DNA of 21,538 nucleotides, from the NCBI GenBank assembly GCA_044226625.1, contig JBGAGQ010000084.1, forward strand, positions 1 to 21,538, read 5' to 3'. The translations under genes and the position numbers were made by a program. Within the stretch, counting starts at the first letter, position 1. Every line of letters starts with the position of its first letter. This DNA comes from Thermoanaerobaculia bacterium. Its GTDB lineage: Bacteria > Acidobacteriota > Thermoanaerobaculia > Multivoradales > UBA5704. Under the pieces are notes generated by a model, which was not told where the DNA came from, ran no database searches, and saw only the letters and a program-made list of their open reading frames with translations. Positions 15,150-21,538 of the stretch are shown here, in pieces.

Positions 15150-16964
15150 TCAAGCCGGGGACGGCGCGAGTAGCTCGAGCTCCTCGGCGGTCGGCTGGAA
15201 GACGACGGCGCCCACCGTGCCCGGGCCGACGTGGGTGCCGACGATCGGGCCCATCTCGGCGAGCAGGAAGTCGGCGACCGAGAGCTCGGCGCGCAGGGTC
15301 GCCTCCAGTCGCTCGGCCCACAGCGGCGCCGCGGCGTGGGCGACGCCGGCGATCACCGGACGGCGGGGATCGACCTTTTTCTTGAGCAGGTCGACGAGCC
15401 GGCGCTGCGCCGCCCGTCCGCCGCGGACGCGATCGACCGGGCCGACCTCCCCTTCCGAAACGCCGAGGATCGGCTTGATGCCGAGCAGCTTGCCGACCAT
15501 CGCCTGGGCGCGGCCGATGCGCCCGCCGCGGGCGAGGAATTCCAGGGTGTCGACGACGAAGTGGGCGTGGAGCCGGCGGCGCATCCCCTCGATGCGATGC
15601 GCGACGTCCTCGACCGCGAGTCCTTTCTGGACCATCCGCGCGGCGAACAGGACCAGGAGGCCGAGCGGCAGGCTCGCCTGCTCGCTGTCGATCGCGCGGA
15701 TCGTCGGCAACGGGGCCTGCGCCGGATCGACGCGGTCCGGCTCCTCCCGGCCGATCGCCTGCGCGGCGAGCGCCGCGTGCTCCTCGGTGAGCGACATCTT
15801 GCGCGACAGGTGGATCGACAGCACGTGCGTGGCGCCGCGCAGCCGCCGGTACTGGGCCGCGAAATCCTCGACGGACGGAGGCTGGGTGGAAGGGTGCGAT
15901 TTGCGCGAGGTGAGCAGGTCGTAGAACTGGCGCGGCGTCAGGTCCACCGCGTCGCGGTAGGTCTGGTGCCCGAAGATCACCGACAGCGGCACCAGGTGGA
16001 TCCCCTCCCGCCGCAGCAGCGCGTAGGGCAGGTCCGAGGAGGAATCGGTGACCACGGCGATCTTTTCCCGGAACGGCTTGAGCTCGATCAGGCCGCGGTC
16101 GGCGAGCGAGCGGAGGTCGCGCGCGATCTCGCCGTCGGGCGCGGCGAGCGCGTCGAGCAGGCGGTCGGCCGGAATCCCCTCGCCGACGATCGAGAGGATC
16201 TCGCGCTGGAGCGGCGTGAGCGTGGCGTCGAACAGCGCGCGGCCCAGCTTGAGCTCGATCCGCGTGCGCGGGTCGGGCGTCTCGACCAGGCTGTCGTCGA
16301 TCGCGACCGCGAGCAGCTCGCGGGTCGAGGTCTCGATCGACCGCTCGGGCGCCGCGTTCTCGGGCACGAATTTGAAGATCCCTTCCGACCGCGGCGTGGC
16401 GAGCCGGCAGAACGCCTTCAAGCCGGAGACCGCGCCCGCGCGGGCGGCGACCACGTCGCCGCGGTCGAGCGCCAGCTCCCCGGCGGGAAGCTGCAGCCGG
16501 CCGCGCACCTGGGCGCCGACCAATCGCGGCAGCAGCGCGAAGAACGGCCAGCGGCTGACGTCGCCGACGAGCGCTCCCTGCTCGACGTCGACGTCGAGCG
16601 ACAGCTCGCGGCCGAGCAGGAGCAGACGGATCCGCTCGAGCAGCCGGGCGGGATCGGCGTCGCGCTGGGGGAGAATCAGCGCGCGGTCGGGGGCGGCCGC
16701 CTCCTGGCCCGCGTTCGCCGGCAGGAACAGGAGGGTGTTCGCCGGGTCGTCGGCGCGGGCGAGCAGGTCGGCGTAGAGCTCGGGCGGATCGTCGGCCGAT
16801 CCCGAGAGGACCAGCACCTGCGCCTCGAGCTTCTCGATGAACGAGCGTCCTTGCGCGAGCGTGGCGGCCGGGATCACCTCATAGGCGAGATCGGCGAGGC
16901 CGGTCGCCAGAGCGCGGCGGCGCTCCTCGAGGGGATCGATCACGAGCAGGGTCTGGCGCTCCAA
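15150..16964 (-). CDS. Pseudo-receiver / DUF4388-like / DegV (fatty-acid-binding) fusion protein
   Basis: TTG start 16964 after AGAAAGG. LLVIDP (REC-like); GDVSRWPFFALL...GRL...GDVVAA...GLKAF...EGIFKF (DUF4388-like); IAVVTDSSSDLP, STQPPS, LEFLARGGRIG, IKPIL, GTHVGPG (DegV). Confidence 0.85.
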   Translation of the reverse strand: MERQTLLVIDPLEERRRALATGLADLAYEVIPAATLAQGRSFIEKLEAQVLVLSGSADDPPELYADLLARADDPANTLLFLPANAGQEAAAPDRALILPQRDADPARLLERIRLLLLGRELSLDVDVEQGALVGDVSRWPFFALLPRLVGAQVRGRLQLPAGELALDRGDVVAARAGAVSGLKAFCRLATPRSEGIFKFVPENAAPERSIETSTRELLAVAIDDSLVETPDPRTRIELKLGRALFDATLTPLQREILSIVGEGIPADRLLDALAAPDGEIARDLRSLADRGLIELKPFREKIAVVTDSSSDLPYALLRREGIHLVPLSVIFGHQTYRDAVDLTPRQFYDLLTSRKSHPSTQPPSVEDFAAQYRRLRGATHVLSIHLSRKMSLTEEHAALAAQAIGREEPDRVDPAQAPLPTIRAIDSEQASLPLGLLVLFAARMVQKGLAVEDVAHRIEGMRRRLHAHFVVDTLEFLARGGRIGRAQAMVGKLLGIKPILGVSEGEVGPVDRVRGGRAAQRRLVDLLKKKVDPRRPVIAGVAHAAAPLWAERLEATLRAELSVADFLLAEMGPIVGTHVGPGTVGAVVFQPTAEELELLAPSPA

Positions 16965-17011
16965 CCGTCGGGCCTTTCTCGAACCGATCGCAAACGGGCG
17001 GCGAGGCCGCC

Positions 17012-18667
17012 TTAGGTCAAACCTTCCAGGAACGACGACAGACTGCCCGGCACGCCGTCCGAAAGGCGCCACTTTTCCTGCCGGGCGAGCGGCGCGGGCC
17101 CCGCCTCGGCCGATTCGGCCGAATCGATCGGAATCCAGAGGCCGGAGCGGAAGTTGGCGAACGACCGCGAGCGCTCGATCAGCGTCGCCGCGAGACCACT
17201 TTCGTCCCCCAAGTCCCACCAGATGCCGCCGGCCCGGCAGAGGGGCAAAACGTTTTCCGCCCGCGCCAGCGTCGAGGCGTCGAGAGCCAACAGATGGAGT
17301 GAGGCCTCCGGGCCTTTCGCGCCGGCGTCCGCCCCGCTCTTCGAGCCGCCGAGCTGGATGCTTCCGCCGCGCTCGCGGGCGATCGTCTCGAGCCGCTCCC
17401 ACCACCCTTCGAACGGCGGCGTCCAGGCGCCGAGCTGGGCGATGAAGCGATGCCAGGCGCTCGCCGAGGCGACCAGGAGGAAGTGGGACGCCTTGCTCGG
17501 GTCCCCCTTGTCCGAGCCTCCTTGAAGGCGCTCGAGCGCCGCTTCGACGCGCCGCTGCTCGCGCCTGGAGGCGGCCTCCGGGTCGAGCGAAACCAGCGCG
17601 CCGCGCTGGGCGAGGGTCGCGAGCAGGAGGTCGATGGTGATCGGAGCGGCGAGCCCGCGCTCGTTGAGCAGGCGCCGGCTCGAGCTCGGCTCGGCGACGA
17701 GTGCGCCGAGGACCCGCTCGCCGCCGGGGCTCATCAGCTCGGGCGGCACCTCGATCGCGCCGCGCTCGCGGAGCTTCAACGGCTCGTCCCAGTCGGGCAG
17801 GTAGGGCGCCCGCGCGGCCATCTCGTCGCCGAGCCAGGCGGCGGTCATCAACAGGTTCGCGAGATCGACCGGCCGAGCCTCCGCCGGCACCCGCGGCTCC
17901 TCGTCGAAGAAGCGGAAGGTGCCGTCTGTCCCGGTGAGCGCGACGAGAGCCGCCTCCTCGCCCACCAGGGAGACCATGCCGCGCTCCAGGACCTCCGAAT
18001 GGACGAGATGGCCTTGGCGCAGCGTGAGGTCGATCGTCCGCGCGCCGCGCTCGATCGAGATGCGGCCCGAGCGGCCGGAACGCTCGAGCGATTGGAGGAG
18101 ATCCCAGAGGGGATACGCCTCGAGCGAGCCGGACAGCTGATGGGCGGCCCGAGCGCTTTCCGAGGCGATGCGGTCGGCGACCATCTTGCCGAGCCGCAGC
18201 AGCAGCTCCTCCGGCTCGAACGGCTTGGCCAGATAGTCGTTCGCTCCCTCGCGCAGCCCGCGCACGCGGTCGGATCCCTCGGCGTGCGCCGAGACGATGA
18301 TCACCGGCAGGTCGCGATGGCGCGGGTTGTCGCGGATCCGGCGCAGCAGCTCGAGCCCGGAGATCTCGGGCAGGGACAGGTCGAGGATCACGGCATCGAA
18401 TTCATTCCGGTCGAGCAGCGTGAGCACCCGCCCGGGGTGCGAGACCGTCTCCACCTCGAAGCCGGCCCGGCGCAGGGTCAGCTCGACCAGCAACAGGATG
18501 TCCGGATGGTCGTCGATCGCGAGCACGCGGACGGGACGGGCGCCGGGTGCCTTCACCACCGGGAGAGCGAGCCCAGGCTCCAGCTCCTTCGATTCCCCGT
18601 CCCTTTCGAATCCTACGTCCCTGGCACCCAGATCGGCGGCGGCCCTCGCCGCGTCGCGCGTTCGCAT
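17012..18667 (-). CDS. Response regulator with DUF4388-like domain and uncharacterised C-terminus
   Basis: REC motifs VLAIDD, ILDLSLP, IIVSA, DYLAKPF; LSGSLEAYPLWDLLQSLERSGRSGRI...GEEA...GTFRF; GAGGGG SD before ATG 18667. Confidence 0.87.
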   Translation of the reverse strand: MRTRDAARAAADLGARDVGFERDGESKELEPGLALPVVKAPGARPVRVLAIDDHPDILLLVELTLRRAGFEVETVSHPGRVLTLLDRNEFDAVILDLSLPEISGLELLRRIRDNPRHRDLPVIIVSAHAEGSDRVRGLREGANDYLAKPFEPEELLLRLGKMVADRIASESARAAHQLSGSLEAYPLWDLLQSLERSGRSGRISIERGARTIDLTLRQGHLVHSEVLERGMVSLVGEEAALVALTGTDGTFRFFDEEPRVPAEARPVDLANLLMTAAWLGDEMAARAPYLPDWDEPLKLRERGAIEVPPELMSPGGERVLGALVAEPSSSRRLLNERGLAAPITIDLLLATLAQRGALVSLDPEAASRREQRRVEAALERLQGGSDKGDPSKASHFLLVASASAWHRFIAQLGAWTPPFEGWWERLETIARERGGSIQLGGSKSGADAGAKGPEASLHLLALDASTLARAENVLPLCRAGGIWWDLGDESGLAATLIERSRSFANFRSGLWIPIDSAESAEAGPAPLARQEKWRLSDGVPGSLSSFLEGLT

Positions 18668-18874
18668 GTTGGTCCCCTCGATCTCCGCCGGTGCGGGGGC
18701 TCGCGCCGCGACCGCACCCCTCTCGAATCAGTCAGCAGGATGTCGAGAGAAGAGCAAACTTTGGGCCACACCGGGATCCTACCTCGTTTCGAATCCCCCG
18801 CCCGGACCTCTACGCAGCCTGGGGCGAACGGCCGGCGCCGGTACGGCAAGCGCCCTCGCCGACGACGGGCTCGC

Positions 18875-21346
18875 TCAGCGCGAGCCGGCGCGGGCTTCCA
18901 AAGCGCGTCCGCGCCGCACCTCGGCGGCCGCTTCGGCCCGTCGGCCCGCGCGCTCGAAGACGTCGGCCAGGACGTAATGGCCGAGAGCGGCGATCGGCGA
19001 GGCGGCGTCGAGCGCCAGTCCGCGGCGCGCCTCGGCCGCCGCGTCGGCCGTCCGGCCGAGCTCCAAAAGAGACTGGGCATGGTAAAAATGACCTACCGCG
19101 AAGTCCGGATCCGCCGAAACGGTCTGGCGAAATGCCTCTTCGGCACCCGCGGCGTCCCCCCGCCGCGCGAGCAGTCTCCCCAGGTTGAACCAAGCCTTGT
19201 AGGCGTCGGGATAGTCGGCCACCTCGGCGCGGTAGGCCTTCTCGGCACCCGCCGGATTCCCCTCCGCCTCCTCCACCAGGGCCAGGTTGAAGCGCGCGTG
19301 GCGCGCCTTGCCGTCGATCGCGAGCGCGCGGGTCAAGGCGGCTTTCGCCCCGGCGAAGTTCTGGCGCCGGAACGCGACGACCGCGCGGCCGACCTCCGCG
19401 CGCGCGGTGGCCGGCTCGATCGCGATCGTGCGGCCGAACCACTCCTCCGCCTCGCCGTCGCGGCCGTCGTCCAGCAGCACCTGGGCGAGCCGGTAGGTGA
19501 TCTGGGCGTTGCTCGGATCCTGCTCGAGGAACTTGCGATAGCCGAGCACCGCGTCGTCGATCCGGCCCCGCGCGACCAGCGTGTCGGCGAGACCGATCAT
19601 CGCGTAGTCGTGGTCGGCCCGGCGCGCGAGCGTCTGCTGGAAATCGGCCGCCGCCGCTTCCCACTGCCGCTTCTGGAACCGCGCGTTGCCGCGCCCGAAC
19701 CAGGCGTCGATCACGTCGGGGTCTTTCGCGAGAACCTGGTCGTAGGTCGCGATCGCCGCGTCCGGCTTGCCCGAGGAGAGCTCCTCGCGAGCCCGCGTCA
19801 TCAGGTTGTAGACGTCGAGCCGGTCCTTCGGATCGGGCAGCTCGCGGAAGCTCTTGCCCGCCGCGGCGTCCCCCATCGAGCCGACGTAGCCGAGCGCCGC
19901 GAGCTTGCGCAGCGTCTCCTCGTCCTCCTCGATCGGCGCCGCGGATTGGCCCGGGGACTTGCGACCGGCCGCCTCCTTTTCGATCGCCGCGTCGATCTCG
20001 CGATCGAGCGCCGCGAGCCGCGCACGCAGATCGGCGACCGTCCGCCGCTCGGTCGAAGCGAGGTTCTTGAGCTCGCCCGGATCGGCCTCGAGGTCGTACA
20101 GCTCGGGCCGGGGCGCCTCGATGAAATGCCAGCGCTCGGTGCGAAGCGAGCGCAGCTCGCTCCAGCCATAGTGGAACCGCGGGTAGAACGCCTCGCTGTA
20201 TCCGGGATCGGGGGCGCGCGCGGTCGACCGCCGTGTCGCCGCGCCGAGCAGCGGCACGAGGCTCCGCCCCTGCCCTTCGAGCCGCGCCCCGGGCCCACCG
20301 AGGCCGACCAGCTCGAGCAGCGTCGGGGCGAGATCGACGTTCTGCACCACCGCGCCGACCTCGCGCCCGGAGAGCGCCGGATACGGCCCCGCGAGCAACA
20401 GCGGCACGCGCGTCGTCGGCTCGTAGATGAAGAACCCGTGGCCATGCTCGCCATGCTCCCCCAGGCTCTCCCCGTGGTCGGCGATCACGGCGACGATCGT
20501 GCGGGAGGTCAACCCCCGTTTCTCGAGCCCGGCGAGCAGGCGTCCGACCAACTCGTCGGTCCAGGCGATCTCGCCGTTGTACGGATGCCCCGCGTAGCGC
20601 GACGCGTACGGCTCGGGCGGCTCGTACGGCGAGTGCGGATCGTAGAGGTGGACCCACGCGAAGAACTTCTCCTTTGCTCCCCGCTCGCCGATCCAGGAGA
20701 GCGCCCGCTCGACCGTCGCGTCGCCGCGCCGCTGGATGTCGCCCATGCTCATGGTCTTGAACTTGGCGAGGTCGAAGTCGTCGAAGTACGTCGAGAAACC
20801 TTGCGCGATCCCCCACCGATGATCGAGCACGTACGCCGAGACGAACCCGCCGGTCGCCCAACCCTTCTCCGCAAGGACCTCGGCGAGCGTGAGCTTCTCC
20901 GCCCCCACCCGAAACCCGCCGTTGTCGCGCACGCCATGCATGCCGGGCAGCTCGGCCGTCATCAGCGACGTGTGCGAAGGGAGCGTGAGAGGAACCGGAG
21001 CGACCGCCCGAGAAAACCGCGTGCCCCGCGCCGCGAGAGCATCGAGGTTCGGAGTCTCGACACCGCGAGCCCCATAGCACCCGAGCCGATCGGCCCGCGT
21101 CGTGTCGAGCGTGATCAGGAGGACGTTCAGATCGCCCGGAGCCAGGCCGTTCGGAAGACCGCCGAGAGGACCCGAGCGACGTAGAAGGAGCCAGCCGACG
21201 AGAGCGGCCCCCGCGAGCGCTATTGCTCCGACCGCGAGAACGAGGCGTGCGGAGCGCTTCCGGCCGGGAAGAGAGGATGAAGAGGATGAAACGGCTGGCG
21301 CGGGCGGCGAGGCGGCGGGCGTTCCGCGCGGGCGTTTGCGAGGCAT
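18875..21346 (-). CDS. Membrane-anchored sulfatase-like hydrolase/transferase with C-terminal TPRs
   Basis: NVLLITLDTTRADRLG, PLTLPSHTSLMT, WVHLYDPHSPY, ADHGESLGEHGE, LAALGY, DPKD, then TPRs. Start 21346 is preferred over 21382 because an extended -10 (TGGTACGAT) lies between them. Confidence 0.9.
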   Translation of the reverse strand: MPRKRPRGTPAASPPAPAVSSSSSSLPGRKRSARLVLAVGAIALAGAALVGWLLLRRSGPLGGLPNGLAPGDLNVLLITLDTTRADRLGCYGARGVETPNLDALAARGTRFSRAVAPVPLTLPSHTSLMTAELPGMHGVRDNGGFRVGAEKLTLAEVLAEKGWATGGFVSAYVLDHRWGIAQGFSTYFDDFDLAKFKTMSMGDIQRRGDATVERALSWIGERGAKEKFFAWVHLYDPHSPYEPPEPYASRYAGHPYNGEIAWTDELVGRLLAGLEKRGLTSRTIVAVIADHGESLGEHGEHGHGFFIYEPTTRVPLLLAGPYPALSGREVGAVVQNVDLAPTLLELVGLGGPGARLEGQGRSLVPLLGAATRRSTARAPDPGYSEAFYPRFHYGWSELRSLRTERWHFIEAPRPELYDLEADPGELKNLASTERRTVADLRARLAALDREIDAAIEKEAAGRKSPGQSAAPIEEDEETLRKLAALGYVGSMGDAAAGKSFRELPDPKDRLDVYNLMTRAREELSSGKPDAAIATYDQVLAKDPDVIDAWFGRGNARFQKRQWEAAAADFQQTLARRADHDYAMIGLADTLVARGRIDDAVLGYRKFLEQDPSNAQITYRLAQVLLDDGRDGEAEEWFGRTIAIEPATARAEVGRAVVAFRRQNFAGAKAALTRALAIDGKARHARFNLALVEEAEGNPAGAEKAYRAEVADYPDAYKAWFNLGRLLARRGDAAGAEEAFRQTVSADPDFAVGHFYHAQSLLELGRTADAAAEARRGLALDAASPIAALGHYVLADVFERAGRRAEAAAEVRRGRALEARAGSR

Positions 21347-21391
21347 GGGGGCCGGTATCGTACCAGCGACGCGTACGGGCATGGCGGCGCG

Positions 21392-21430
21392 CCCCCCTCC
21401 TAGCCTCCCCCCGCACGCGGGGGGAGGGAC
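21392..21430. repeat. REP-like palindromic element
   Basis: CCCCCCTCCTAG followed by the inverted repeat CCTCCCCCCGC-AC-GCGGGGGGAGG (21404-21427). Confidence 0.55.
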
Positions 21431-21538
21431 CCCTTCGCCGAAGGGCTCGTGGTCGTCGAAGATGATGGAAATCGCGATGCTTCAGAGATCTACGCAGTCC
21501 GAGCAACTTCGATCGCGCAACTTCCCATCGCAGGAGCC

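Noticed and set aside
16965-17405. N-terminal extension of the DegV fusion in the ORF track
   Set aside because: Overlaps the upstream gene and is low-complexity; TTG 16964 with an SD fits the domain start.
17450-21184. 1244-aa plus-strand ORF
   Set aside because: Antisense shadow of the response regulator and sulfatase genes in high-GC DNA; no motifs.

Overview
High-GC bacterial window. The gene content (sulfatase-TPR, DUF4388 proteins, ECF42/YCII) resembles Acidobacteriota, which is an inference. Ordinary genes flank a visibly less GC-rich accessory region (~3.3-11.6 kb). The centrepiece is a ~3.0 kb IS1595-family element (7042-10047, 24-bp inverted repeats with one mismatch). It carries a transposase, three small ORFs and a RelA/SpoT-synthetase gene with the hallmarks of a fused CapRel anti-phage toxSAS. 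The element splits a small alarmone hydrolase (Mesh1/SAH-type HD) gene: the N-terminus lies at 10048-10176 and the HD-containing remainder at 6671-7041. There is no target-site duplication and several codons appear to be missing. Each IR supplies the -35 box of an inward-facing, apparently leaderless promoter with identical geometry. A HepT/MntA toxin-antitoxin pair lies just downstream. Also present: GNAT, CPA1 Na+/H+ antiporter, TPR proteins, a truncated hemoglobin flanked by 21-bp and 20-bp repeat arrays, an ECF sigma factor with YCII partner, a DUF4388-DegV fusion, a REC-DUF4388 protein and a sulfatase-TPR protein. All family calls come from motif recognition by eye, not database searches.
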